Assembly (NCBI GenBank): GCA_030704615.1
Contig: CM060734.1
Span: 59,768,001 to 59,832,000 of the forward strand
Direction of reading: 5' to 3'
Source of the DNA: Takakia lepidozioides
Lineage: Eukaryota > Plantae > Bryophyta
Length of the DNA stretch: 64,000 nucleotides
The position numbers and the translations under genes were made by a program. The notes beneath the pieces are model-generated. The model saw only the letters and a list, made by a program, of their open reading frames with translations. It was not told where the DNA came from and did not search any database. Positions 51,769-64,000 of the stretch are shown here, one piece after another; position 1 is the first letter of the stretch; each line of letters starts with the position of its first letter.

Positions 51769-54218
51769 GAGCCTAGATTGCAAAGGGGAGCCTTCAGTGC
51801 ACCTGTTCAGAGCTCTGGCCATCTTTGATGGGTCTCCGGACCTACTCGCAGCCCTTAGCATCAACAAAGTTGTATCAGGGCCCTTGCCTCCGCCCCGTCC
51901 CATCAGAAAATTGCGGTACCTGGTTTGTTGTGTAAGTGCCCGCACCATGTCATCAGCAGTGGGCACATACAAGTCACGTCCTGCTTTGGTAGACTGCTGC
52001 ATCTAGGCGTTGTGAACAGTCTCCGCCAAATTACAGGATGGCATGTCGGCCAAGTCCTCCAAGGACATGTCCTGCAGGAGGCATTGCATGGAAATGTGAG
52101 GAATGAAAGGAAATGGAAGAGGTTCTGCAAGTGACAATCCAACAACCCCAAATGAACAGGCATGATGCAAAGTGAAATTTGTGTTTCTGGGATTGAAGAG
52201 GCTTACCGTCGTCATGAAAGCTCCCACTGTCTGTACCTGAAGTGCCAGAAAACCAACCAGTCCTCCAACTCCTTCAGGTGGATACCAGTAGCAGCACCAG
52301 AGGAGAACCACCAAGCCCGGATTGCTTGGTAAGTGCTCTCAGCTTCTCCTGGCATTTTTGTACTTGAGGCAGAGCCTTCTGTGCCCCAACTGAAGGTCAG
52401 GGCAAATACAGCGCTTTGTATGACGTGCCAGAGATTGACTCCAATGGAAGAGGCATGTGCGCTCCCTATTTTCCATTGGGACCTTAGGATCCCCCGAACC
52501 AAACACGCGCCGCACTGCATTGAAATTTGCCTGTGCACTATCAGCCATGAAGCCCTCAAAATTTGTGTTCTGTATTCCATTGCGCTGCATGACGGCCAGG
52601 AGCGAATTCCACATGAGCATCTGGGATTCAGTGTCCTCCAACTGCATATCACAAATTGCTATGGAGAGCACACGTTGGTACGCTGGATCGTATACATGGC
52701 ACGCCATGGTTGTCCAACCCTTCACCCGTTTGCAGTGATCAAACATTAACCAACATTTTGCCAAATCTCCTCCAGGTTGCATTCGGCGGACAATGCTCAC
52801 ACCATTGCCTTCGCCCACTGTGGACATCTTGAACAAATACACCTTGGACGAGCCCTGGCCAGGGAAGATACTGTTTTGAATGAATTCATAGCGACTCCTC
52901 TGTTTGAGGTCCATAATGTTGTCCATGGATCCAGCAGTGCATGTGCCCATTCTAAGTGCATTCACCTGGTTTCGAGTATTGGGAGAGCTCAACACAGAGA
53001 AATGGTCCATCACTGCCTCAAGCGAATCTGCATCCAGCATTGGTTGTGTCCCATCCCCTTCACCCAGTATGTGTTTTCCAGGAATGCCTTGCTAGCTGCA
53101 AGCGCTATAGCAGAAGGTGTTGCACAAGGGGCATTGTGGAACTCTTGCTTCAGCAGATTTCTAGCGATGTCCACGCTATCCCTGCAACTTCCTTTGGACA
53201 CAGAATGCTCGTGTGTACCCATATGAATGCAGGCACGAGTCATTGTCTTGCATCGGTGTGCCACCTGGTACATACGAGCGTGGCACACAGAAACACAAGA
53301 CAGGGAAAGTTTGCAGAACCTGCACACAAAAGTATTGGTCTTGGGAGGGGCAAGCCTTGGGGTGAAAGGATTCAAGGGCACACCTTCCCACTCACTTTCG
53401 TTTGGTTTAGCGTTGTTTCTCAGGCGAGGGCAAGAAATATTCACGCACTTACAATGCCCAACGCAGACCGACCTTCGAAATTTCAATCCAATGTCGTTGT
53501 GGATGTTTGACGTTTTTGTCCTGCACCAAGGGTGTCTGTCATGTTTCTTGTCCATGCCCTGCAGAAGCCCAGCTAGTCCACTGGAAGACGTGGGAGGGTT
53601 GAGCTCAAACAAGATGTCCCCATCAAACTCTGCTGGCACGTATTGAACCCGCTGCACACGAAGGGACTCCCAATCAACAAAACACATCTCGCTCTTGCAC
53701 CTAGGCACCCCTGCAAGGGCTTTCAATTTCGGAATGACACTCGTTATCTCTTGCAACTCGTCATCATCCAAGAATGGAGTCTGCATTGGCAAAGGAATCT
53801 CAGAAATATCCTCCGAGGACGAGTCTGAAAGAGTCACGAATGTAGTGGATGTGCTCACCTCTTGTTTCACATGAACTGTGCCATTCTGCTTCACGACCGA
53901 TGCTGCAGTGCCAGGGGTAGCTACTGATCCTGCTGATTGTCTTCTGTCTTTTCCAAGGACCCGGTATGTGCCTGGAAGGACTCTCCACTTCCTTCCACAC
54001 TCGCCAACCAATGGTTTCTCCAAGTGCCCAGAATCCAAATTCCCATCCTTGTCATACACCTCTTTTTGAACAAGCAGAGAACCCAATTCCAGAGGGAACA
54101 CTGTAACCAACTCATCCTCATGAACAACTGCAAACCCATCGTCATCTATAGTGGCAGTCAGTGGAAAACTACCTGCATTGGAATGAAATCGAGCGAGTCT
54201 ATCTCGCTCCCTGGACAT
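51769..54218 (-). pseudogene. Element B transposase, 5' part
   Basis: Colinear with transposase A (HPWCRTKTSNI, WLMFDHCKR, FMADSAQANFNA, TCLFHW, CNLAETVHNA*). Frameshifts near 53080 and 52340, a W>stop at ~52003, and interruption by element A. Confidence 0.9.
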
Positions 54219-55299
54219 GTTTTCGTACACTGACAGAAAGTTGCGATTCACAGAGGAATCCCCGAACTGGTAGCCCGTAATTCTCGAAAGGGGATCCACC
54301 CCAAACAAACTGAGGTAAAAAAGGGTAGCGCTGACCCAAAGACTGCGGGCGATGCATGCAAAGGATGTAGGAATGACATGCACCGAACTTCGCAGACAGC
54401 CACACTGAGAGACACCAACCAGAAAAACTGTTTTCTAAGACAAGAAGCCACAAGAAGCCGTGCTGCATTTGGATGAGAAACAAACCCTGAACATGACATA
54501 AAATCATCCATTATGGAAAGACGGCAACAACCCTGGAGAGCAGTAAAGAGCAAGACCCCGAATCTAATGAGGTTGTGTTGTGCTAGAAGAGTACAACACA
54601 AACACTGACACTCCGAGAGACACCTCACATGAGTGTGTGCAACACATGACCATTGCCGACACAACCCTTTATACCGAATGACCCCATTGCGACGGTGACG
54701 GCGAAATGCAAACCGCACGGTAGGCAATACAACACACGTGGACGCATATGTGAAGCATAACAATTATTGAGAATCTGCAAGTACTGCTCGAAATTGAACT
54801 AGCATTAGATTTCTATGGCACTTCCGAATTTCAAAGAATGCAAGAAGGCTGCCATGTATTGGCAGGCGGCGAAGTACATCTGACAGGAATAGAGCCAGAT
54901 ATAGAATGAGGATGGAAAGAGTAGACGAAGAGGAAAAGGAGGAAGAAGAGGGCAAAGAGGAAAGTCTGGCGATGGAAGAGCAGGAATCTGGAGAAGAACA
55001 GCAGCCCGCCATACTTCCAAGAACAGGTGAGGAGGAGACTGAATCCGAGGGAGAGACGGACGTCGAAAATGATATTGATGCTAGCCTCAGGAAGAACCAG
55101 ATAGTGGAAAAGAGGATGGGGGAGATGCTCCAGAACATGCTCGGCGTAGAGAGCAGTTCGAAGCGCAAAGGGTCTCCGGCGATTGGGGAGTCTTCTGGAG
55201 CGGCCAAAAAAAGTACAATGTTTGAGACCGACCTTTGTGCTTCATTGGTTATGTGAACCCCAGTTGTGCTTGTATTTTCATATGAAAACCGCCTATACA

Positions 55300-58280
55300 C
55301 GGCATCTTTGCCAGGTTGAATCCACCCCCGAGTTGGAAGCTCAAACAGTGTGCATCAACGCACACTGTTTGAGCCCACCTTGTCATTGTTTTTTTCATGT
55401 GAAAATCGGCCACATAGGGCCACTCAGGCAGGTTCAATCCACCCTAAATTGGAAGCTCAAACAGTGTGTGGCACCACACACTGTTTGAGCCCCCCATTTT
55501 GCTTGTTTTTTCATGTTCAAAATAGCCACATAGGGCCACTATGGCAGGTTGAATCCACCCCGAATCGGAAGCTCAAACAGTGTGCGGCACCACACACTGT
55601 TTGAGCCCCCCATTTTGATTGTTTTTTGATGTTCAAAATGGCCACATAGGGCCACTATGGCAAGTTCAATCCACCCCGAATTGGAAGCTAGAACAGTGTG
55701 CGACACTGCACACTGTTGCAGCCCCCATTTTGCTTGTCTTTTCATGTTCAAAACGGCCACATAGGGCCACTATGGCACGTTGAATCCACCCCGAATTGGA
55801 AGCTCAAACAGTGTGCCGCACCGCACACTGTTTGAGCCCCCCATTTTGCTAGTTTTTTTATGTTCAAAACGGCCACATAGGGCCAATATGGCAGGTTGAA
55901 TCCACCCCGAATTGGAAGCTCAAACAGTGTGCGGCACCGCACACTGTTTGAGCCCCCCATTTTGCTTGTTTTTTGATGTTCAAAATGGCCACATAGGGCC
56001 ACTATGGCAGGTTGAATCCACCCTGAATTGGAAGCTCAAACAGTGTGCGGCACCGCACACTGTTTGAGCCCCCCATTTTGCTTGTTCCAAACGGCCACAT
56101 AGAGCCCCCCCCCCATTATGAAATTCTGGTAGGATACCTGCAAAACATGACAACAACAAAGTATACTATGGCAGGTTGAATCCACCCCGAATTGGAAGCT
56201 CAAACAGTGTGCATCAACGCACACTCTTTGAGCCCCCCTTGTGCCTTGTTTTTTGGTGTGGAAATGGTGCACATAGGGGCATCTCTATCTGGTTCACACC
56301 CCTAATTCGAAGCTCAAACAGTAAGCGCCAACGCACACTGTTCGAGCCCCCCTTCTCACTGCTTTTTTCATAATAAAATCGTCCAGGCAGGGTATCTCTA
56401 TGAGGTTCAATCAATGATTTCCTGGCAGCTCCAACAGTGTGCGTCAACGCACACTTTTTGAGCCCACCTTGTCATTGTTTTTTTCATGTGAAAATCGGCC
56501 ACATAGGGCCAGTCTTGCAGGTTCAATGCACACTTACCTGACAGCTCAAACAGTGTGCGTCAACGCACACTGTTTGAGCCCACCTTGTCATTGTTTTTTT
56601 CATGTGAAAATTGGCAACATAGGGCCAGTCTGCCAGGTTCAATGCACACTTACCCGGCAGCTCAAACAGTGTGCGTCAACGCACACTGTTTGAGCCCACC
56701 TTGTCATTGTTTTTTTCATGTGAAAATCGGCCACATAGGGCCAGTCTTGTAGGTTCAAAGCACACTTACCTGGCAGCTCAAACAGTGTGCGTCAACGCAC
56801 ACTGTTTGAGCCCACCTTGTCATTGTTTTTATCATGTGAAAATCGGCCACATAGGGCCAGTCTGCCAGGTTCAATGCACACTTACCTGGCAACTCAAACA
56901 GTGTGCGTCAACGCACACTGTTTGAGCCCACCTTGTGATTGTTTTTTTCATGTGAAAATCGGCCACATAGGGCCAGTCTTGCGGTTCAATGCACACTTAC
57001 CTAGCAGCTCAAACAGTGTGCGTCAACGCACACTGTTTGAGCCCCCCATTTTGCTTGTTTTTTCATGTTCAAAACGGCCACATAGGGCCACTCTGGCAGG
57101 TTCAATCCACCCCGAATTGGAAGCTCAAACAGTATGCGTCAACGCACACTGTTTGAGCCCCCATTGTGCCTTGTTTTTTTGGTGTGGAAATGGTGTACAC
57201 ATGGGCCTCTCTGTCTGGTTCAATCCACCCCTAATTCGAAGCTCAAACAGTGTGCGCCAACGCACACTGTTTGAGCCGCTCTTCTCATTGTTTTTGGAAT
57301 AATAAAATCGTCCAGACAGGGTATCTCTGTGAGGTTCAATGAACAATTTCCTGGCAGCTCAAACAGTGTGCGCCAACGCACACTGTTTGAGCCCCCCTTC
57401 CCATTGTTTTTTTCATAATAAAATCGTCCAGACAGGGTTACTCTATGAGGTTCAATCCACACTAACCTGGCAGCTCAAACAGTGTGCGTCAACGTACACT
57501 GTTTGAGCCCCCCTTGTAATTGTTTCTTGAATGTGAAAATCGTGCACACAGTCGCCTCTCTCTAAGGTTCATTCCACCCCTTTTTGGAAGCTCAAACAGT
57601 GTGTGGCATTGCACACTGTTTGAGCCCACACTTGACATTATTTTTTCATTTTAGAATCGACCACAAAGGTCATCTCTGTCAGGTTCAATTCACACTTATC
57701 TGGCAGCCCAAACAGTGTGCGTCAACGCACACTGTTTGAGCCCCCTGATTTGCTTGTTTTTGGACATGAAAATTGTGCACCTAGGGCCAGTTTGGTAGGT
57801 TGAATCCACCCCAAAATGGAAGCTCAAATAGTGTGCGGCAACGCACACTGTTTGAGCCCCCTTGTCTGCTTGTTTTTTGTTGTGAAAATCGGGCACCTAG
57901 GGCCACTCTGGCAGGTTGAAACGAACCCTTATTGGAAGCTCAAACAGTGTGCGGCAACGCACACTGTTTGAACCCCCTCTTTGCTTGTTTTTCTATGTGA
58001 AATTGGGCCAAACAGGGCCAGTATGCATGCTCAAAACACCCATAGTTGATAGCACGAAGAGTGTGCGGCAACGCACACTGTTTGTGCCCTCTTTTTGGCC
58101 CCCTCTTTGCCTGTTTTTTTTGTGGAAATGTGCCACATAGGGCCAAATATCATGTTCAAAACACCACTATTTGGAAGCTGAAACATTGTGCGTCAACGCA
58201 CAGTATTTTCGGCCCCCACACTGCTTGTTTTCTGATGAGAAATTGGGCCACATAGGGCCTGTCTGCCATGCTCAAAACAC
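55300..58280. repeat. Tandem array of ~25 units of ~116 bp, each with the 36-bp palindrome GCTCAAACAGTGTG-CGTCAACG-CACACTGTTTGAGC, in intron 1 of cargo gene B
   Basis: Palindromes start near 55339, 55455, 55571, 55687, 55802, 55918, 56034, 56198 ... 57938, 58052, 58177. The central 8 bp varies in some units. The inter-palindrome segments are homologous to each other. Confidence 0.95.
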
Positions 58281-60532
58281 CATTGTTTCATGCCTCTCTC
58301 TTATATCAATTTGAATGAACAACTCTGCAGGAGAAGATGCAAAGTGTGGCGGATGAGATCCCTTCGGGGCAGGGGAAGGAGATCATTGTTGATGTGGACG
58401 ATGAGTTCTATGAAAGCAAAGCTGCTGAGATGCTAGGGGGTCAGAAGGTAAACTCTCAGCTTGTGGTGCAAAGTATGCTTGCCCCGGGTGGGAGGTTGAA
58501 GATTCCCCTATGTAGGTTGGTTTCCATGCCCGTCGTTCGTCCACCCCTCATCAAGGACATCCTCAAGCTAGAGGCCGAGTTTGTTCATGGGTATTTGGAT
58601 GGATCCGCAGTCTTTTACGTTTCTACAAAGGTTTCCAGAGGCAACGAGCTCCTTGTGGATGAGTCAATCGTGGACTCCTGGGATCCCATTTGGAGACAGT
58701 TGAACAAATCCTTCGAACTTCTTCTCTCCAGGAAACCTTCCACCCAGGCATTCTAAGGGAAGATGTTTCACATTTGGGATGGCAACCACCGGTTGCTTGC
58801 ATGGATGGCTGTCATTGGGAGGCTGCACTCACAGGAGGAAGAGTGGCATTACTCTGTTTGATAGATGGTGCTGGATTGTGACGGGAACATGATGGGTCTT
58901 CTGACAGCAATGAATGATGTGAACAGGTTGGTTTCTCATTCTACATGTTCCACTTGTGGTTCCGTGGTTCTTTGGTTCCAGTCCTCTGTTGACGGTCCTT
59001 GAATTTCATTTTGACTTTCACACATCATTCTGCAAAGGGATGGAGACATCGCATGTCAAAATGAGTCTGGTTCACACACTGTACAGGATACAAAGGATCG
59101 GGCAGATGCCCTTGACCAACTTCAAGACCATCCTTTCAGCAGAGACGTACAAGAAGTGCGAAAGCTCCAAGACATCAGAAACGTGGTACTCATTGACCCG
59201 TGAGGCTTTCATGGAGTATATGTACGCGGTGAGATACATCTTCCATCATCTGGCCTTTCGATATTCCTGCTTCCACATGTTTGTTTCTGTTTGTTTCCCT
59301 TGCCCTTGGGTTGATGCAACTCTCGTGCATTCCCTTGCAGCAAGACATTGCAGATGCAGGAGAGCGTGGCAAACTGGAATACTACAGCTCTACCCCTGAG
59401 GAGAGAAGGACAACAAAGGGTGTTGAGAGTCATCTCCAGAAAGAGATGACCGCCACAAGAAGGACTATTATGAGTGCTTTTGTGAAACAACTGAGAATTG
59501 CAGACCCAACCTTCGGACCAGAGTTCCTTCAAGAGGTGAAAAACCATTACAACAAGCCAGCAAGCCGGAGATGGCCTAGGAGAAGTTACACAGGTTGTCT
59601 ACTGCCGTTGTGTCTTCATAACAGAAGGTGAAGTGGCTACAAATATGGACCTCCGATCCCACTATTGGGGATACCCACATGTTCCCCAGGCCGGAGAAAG
59701 AGAAGAAGACTCAGTGTGTCATTCCTGTTAGTGACAATGTGCTGGACACATGGCTTCACAAGGCCACTTACTGGAGCCAGGTATGATGTCCTTTGCTGTG
59801 TCACTTTATTTTCGTTTTTTCTGTCATTCTTTTTCCATGTTACATTGGTTGTGATTGTTTTTGTGTTCATTCTTGCTTCTGTATTGGTCTGCAGTTGGAG
59901 GAAAGGGCCCGGTCGGTTCTACATACGCAGCTGGCTGACTATGGGATCACCATGACAAAACCGAAGGTCTCCTTCCAAGCATACATGAGAAAATGGAGAG
60001 CCACAGTATGGCAATCTTGTTTCTTCAGAGAGTTCAGCAAGGATGCTGGCATTAGTCGAACAAATGAGCTTGAACAGCAAGAGAAAGGAGAGGAAGCCTG
60101 GAAACGATGCCTTTACAGGTGCAAAATGGACTGTGCTTCTTTGTTTTGCATAGACACAATCTCCACCATCTAACCTGTTTTTGGCTGGCTCATACGAGTT
60201 TGTGGTGGAGTGTAATGTGTCGCAAACTCTTTTAGGGGGTCTTCGTGATGGGGTGGAAAAGCTGGGAGACAATATTTGCATTGCATAATGAGGTTGTCTC
60301 TGTTCCTGCAGGTACATAAAGTATGTTCTCATGGCAGAGAACTGCTTGGACAAACATCCTGATTTCGTGGACCTTTGGCTTGTCCCTGCTGGCAACCAGA
60401 CCATGTTTACTACGGGGATCTTGCATGACTGGGGCCAGACCATCTTTCTGCTTGTGGTTGGTATTTGGATTGCCCTGCTTCAGAGACCCCAACTCAGGAG
60501 GTGTCTTTGAGGAGAGAGAATGAGCGTATAGC

Positions 60533-60880
60533 CACTACAAGAGATGAGCGTTTTTAGGACTACGGATTTGGCGGAGTCATAAAAATGGCACTAGGTATAC
60601 GACTACAAAGCGCTGAAATGCGTTGCAGTCATAGTTTTATCACTTTATAGTAATGGATATCACTACATGACTCCGGAAAATTAGGGAGCATTGGTCAAAC
60701 ATTGTTGACCATGATGACAAGGATGGTTTTATAACTAATGTGATATGTTTGACTAAACGTGGACGACGTTTCATGGAATCTTGTGACTCCATGACTGAAG
60801 ATGGTTTTACAGCTCTATTTATACGACTACATCCCTACACATGTCATTTTGAAAGCACATACATGAATGTATTCATCCTC
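60533..60880 (+). mobile_element. Truncated CACTA left end inserted in a cargo B exon
   Basis: Starts CACTACAAGAG where homology to cargo A breaks off (after RENERIA); homology resumes at IHERNLRTLAEKEP. Contains GACTAC/GACTCC repeats; no right TIR seen. Confidence 0.55.
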
Positions 60881-63447
60881 GACATTCATGAGAGAAATTT
60901 GAGGACTCTTGCAGAGAAGGAGCCTCCTGCTCAGGATACACCGGGTAAAGGTAGAAAGGCAAAGGGAAAGGATGTTGCTGGTGGTGTGGGGAAAGAAGGG
61001 GTAGGGGGAAGGGGGCACAATGGCAGGTAGGTGGGCAGGGAAGTGTTGCAGATACTGGCCCTCTGGTGGTTGTCCAGCAGACTCCACCGCATGGTAGGGG
61101 ATCCGGGAGAAAGAACAAGGGGGTGGTTGATCCCAAGGACCCGTACCATGCAGTGGAGCATCCCACGAGGGTCATTCGCCCTACCAGGTTGGAGATGGCC
61201 AATGTCGGGTTCTTTGCCATGATGGAGTCCAAGAAATCTGATTACAAGGGCGAACCATCACCAGTGTGGGAGAGGATTGTGGAGTTCCTCGGCACCGTGC
61301 GTGTTGTCTTTTGCTTCTTGTCTGTTGTGTGCATGGATCTTTTCAATCCTCTTGAGCATTCCATTGCATGCTTGTTTGCAGGCTAAAATGACCAAATCCT
61401 GGGTGAACGGGAAGGAGAAGCCATATGCAGCCGAACTCATCATCTTGGACATCCCTGATGGGTTGCCAGTCCCGGATGTCCCTCCATCGGGTGCTTGTCC
61501 AGGTTGGAATGCTTTTGATGAGCGCTACTGGCGGTGGATTTTCTCCTTTTGTAATTTCTTTCTGTCCGATGCAGGTGTTTTGGTGCTCATCCAGTCCATC
61601 GACCTTCGCTGTCGCCGTGCACTTGCCAGCTATTTGAAAGCCTCCGGTATGAGGGTCGTGAAGACATGGAATTGTGTGAACAGCATGTACCTGACGAAGG
61701 GGGATCGTCCCGGAGAGATGGTAAATCTGCCTTCTTATTCCTCTTCTTGGTGGTTCTCGGATGGAGTTGCGTAAGTCGCTCAAATGAATATGTAGGGGCC
61801 TGGTTTTCAAGCTTCTTAGTTCCTTGTGTATGTCCTGTTCGCAGACTCGTTTGTTTGAAGTGGTTTGTCTTATCCGAGTGCATCCACCTACGACTCCAGC
61901 CGTCATTAGGGAGTTCGCCATCACTCATGGGGGCAAGTTCATAGACGAGAGAACAGATCCTCCCACGGATGACGTGCACCACAACTACGTGGACAACAAC
62001 GTGTGCTTGCAAAGGGGGAATGGGGTTCCTTGGAGAGGGGCCAGGGAGAGGAGCCCGACTTTCATTCAGATGATTGTGGAGTGCTGCACCTACACAGACG
62101 CCAGAGTTCTGGATTTGTCAATGGGCACAGGTTCGTCTCTTCAACATTCACATTTCGTGAGGTTTGTTTGACCTTGCACTTTCAGCTCTTCCCACCGTTC
62201 CAAATGTGTCTTCAATGTCTGTTTCCTTCATTGTGTTCCACTTCAGGTGCCTCGTACCACGCTTGCAAGGCCAGTGCACGACATCTCTTTGGGATTGAAG
62301 GGGATGCCGAGATTTACAAGAACCTCCTGATGGGTTTGGGTGGACACACTTCTCAAGTCCTTCCGAAGCCCCTACCCGCTGATATTGATACAGGGGAGAC
62401 TTCCGACAAGGAGCTGGATGACGACTTTGCCTGTGAGTAAGTTCAACCTTAGGATGCTTGCATTGTTGTTTCAATACCCAGAATCACTGTTCTTAAGGCA
62501 AAGTGCACATGAGAGATATCCTCTTCGTTGGACTTGTGCATTGCATCATTATGTTCAAAATTGGTTTTTGTCCACTTGTGCAAAAGTCCGCGTGCTTCCA
62601 CTGACCCTCCAGGGCTATCACACCTTTTTGGACTTCTTTCAAGTCCTCCTCAGTCTTACGTCCTACCTGTCTATGCGGAGGCACTCGCAGCAAGCATGTC
62701 CATTCATGGCACTCGCAGTCCAACCATCGACGGCCGTGGTAGAAGACGTGGTGTTGGGGCCGGAATATTTGTGGATGACATAGCACAGGAGGTCGATACT
62801 GATTCTGATGACTGTAACACTTGATATGAAGTTTTCTTTTGCTTTCATTCGGGGCCAATTTTGAAATGGGATGGTTGTGTGTCCTTGTTGTCATGTTTGC
62901 AATGTGTGCGTGGGATGCAAATTCATGGGAACAAACTATCATTGGAGATGGGGGTTGCATGGACTGCCTGGATTGTTCCTTCAATCTATTTAGTGTTTTG
63001 CGGAGCTCACAGGCTTGTGTGCATTGCAAAAACAAACAAACGTCTTTGGTTCGGGTAGAGCATTCTCGCATCATTTGCTCAATTCTGGTGAGCATCCATG
63101 ATGCTCCCGCACATACTTGGCATGTTCGCAAGGGTGGTGAGTAAGAAAAGATTTCGTAGGGATCCGCTTTGGATGATGTGAGTATGCACATGCTCACGAC
63201 GTAGGCACATTCCAATGCAGGGGCTTGGTATGTTGATAACGTCTAAATGGATGCAATGGATAGAAAGGATGGATACAATGGATGTAACACATCCAGTCTG
63301 CATTCCCTGGAAATGGTTGATCAACCCGCGGTAATAGGTGACACCCACGGAAATAGGTCATGTATGCATGCTGACGTGGCGTGAGCCTGTGCTGGGCTCA
63401 CGGTTTCCTGGGCTCACAGAATAGCACCCCCCCCCCCCCCTAACTGA

Positions 63448-64000
63448 GTGGATACAATAAGGGAGAAAGAGAAACTTTTCATACTCACAGACAGGGTGTT
63501 GGAGGAACTATATGTATGCAACCCAGGTCACTCTGCCCTAAATGCACATGCATGATTGTGATATCTAAGTCCTAAAATGCTGACTTTATACACTGCAAAC
63601 TCATTGCACAGGGTTGACAATAAGGCAGAATTACAAGCAACTATCTTCGACTCCTTGTTACATTCCCTTGTTTCATGAACTACATAGGTCCCCAGTCATT
63701 CATGAGGTGAATTAACTGAGAGAGAAGATAATTACTAAGCTCCCAATAGTTTCACAGCCCGCTACCTCCATACATTGCACATTGTATTGCTACTCGATCA
63801 GATCATGACTACTTGTTAAGGGCATGCACTTATCGTAATCCAAACTGCCCTGAGCTTCTATGACCAAACTACAACGAATTGGTTGGTTAGTTGTGACTGT
63901 GCGACCGCATGTTATCTCCCATCATCATTTCTGCTTGCCAAATAGAAAAACAGCGAACTACGTGAATTCACGACCCTTCATGACACCCTTCACACTCAAG
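63448..64000 (-). mobile_element. Probable continuation of the Gypsy 5' LTR/leader split by element B
   Basis: The TSD of element B joins 38920 to 63448, and 38485-38920 lies directly upstream of the minus-strand PBS. Non-coding; inferred from position only. Confidence 0.4.

Larger units (their letters stand above)
54906..62440 (+). pseudogene. Element B cargo ParB-like/MTase-like gene, degenerate
   Basis: Same exon layout as cargo A. QKVNSQ...GGRLKIPLCRLVSMPVVRPPL, FHIWDGNHRLLAW, AELIILDIPDG, WRGARERSPTFIQ, RVLDLSMGTGASYHACK...FGIEGD, ending DDDFACE*. In-frame stops (e.g. 58754, ~58862), frameshifts and an insertion at ~60533. Confidence 0.88.
38921..63438. mobile_element. MULE-like element B (~13.2 kb without nested element A), degenerate
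   Basis: TSD CCTAACTGA at 38912-38920 and 63439-63447 (could be 10 bp because of the poly-C). Imperfect TIRs: left ...GCTACGGCGTGAGCCCAG-CCCCGTGAGCC, right reverse complement ...GCTATTCTGTGAGCCCAGGAAACCGTGAGCC. Contains transposase and cargo pseudogenes. Confidence 0.88.

Noticed and set aside
55183-58255. Many short ORFs (e.g. MRQRTLFEPTL...)
   Set aside because: Translations of the tandem repeat on both strands; no coding signal.
55300-58280. CRISPR array (36-bp palindromic repeats with regular spacing)
   Set aside because: The ~80-bp intervening segments are homologous to each other rather than unique spacers, there are no cas genes, and the array lies in a spliceosomal intron.
40436-63438. 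Simple tandem duplication or assembly duplication of a two-gene block
   Set aside because: The copies are strongly diverged, and two separate TSD pairs show nesting rather than tandem arrangement.

Overview
Intron-rich plant genomic DNA, probably from a non-seed land plant (inferred from the gene content, a DIRS element and a PHD-bearing Ty3/Gypsy). The left third holds two convergent host genes: a 13-exon MET1 CG methyltransferase (9685-19932, +) with an unexpected MBD-like N-terminus, and IBA57/CAF17 (23046-21236, -). The rest is nested transposon sequence (DIRS, Ty3/Gypsy, CACTA, hAT MITE, Mutator-like). The main finding is a Mutator-like (MULE) family with two members here. Each has imperfect TIRs, a 9-bp TSD, a GCM-like/DDE/SWIM transposase and a divergently transcribed, spliced cargo gene. 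The cargo fuses a ParB/Srx-like domain to a beta-class amino (N4-C/N6-A) DNA methyltransferase-like domain. Element A (40436-51759, TSD CAAATGGGG) looks intact and sits inside the transposase gene of its degenerate relative, element B (38921-63438, TSD CCTAACTGA). Both cargo genes carry intronic palindrome arrays sharing the core CGTCAACG, suggesting a TE-encoded, sequence-specific epigenetic self-marking or anti-silencing system. All domain calls are by-eye motif recognition; no database searches were run.
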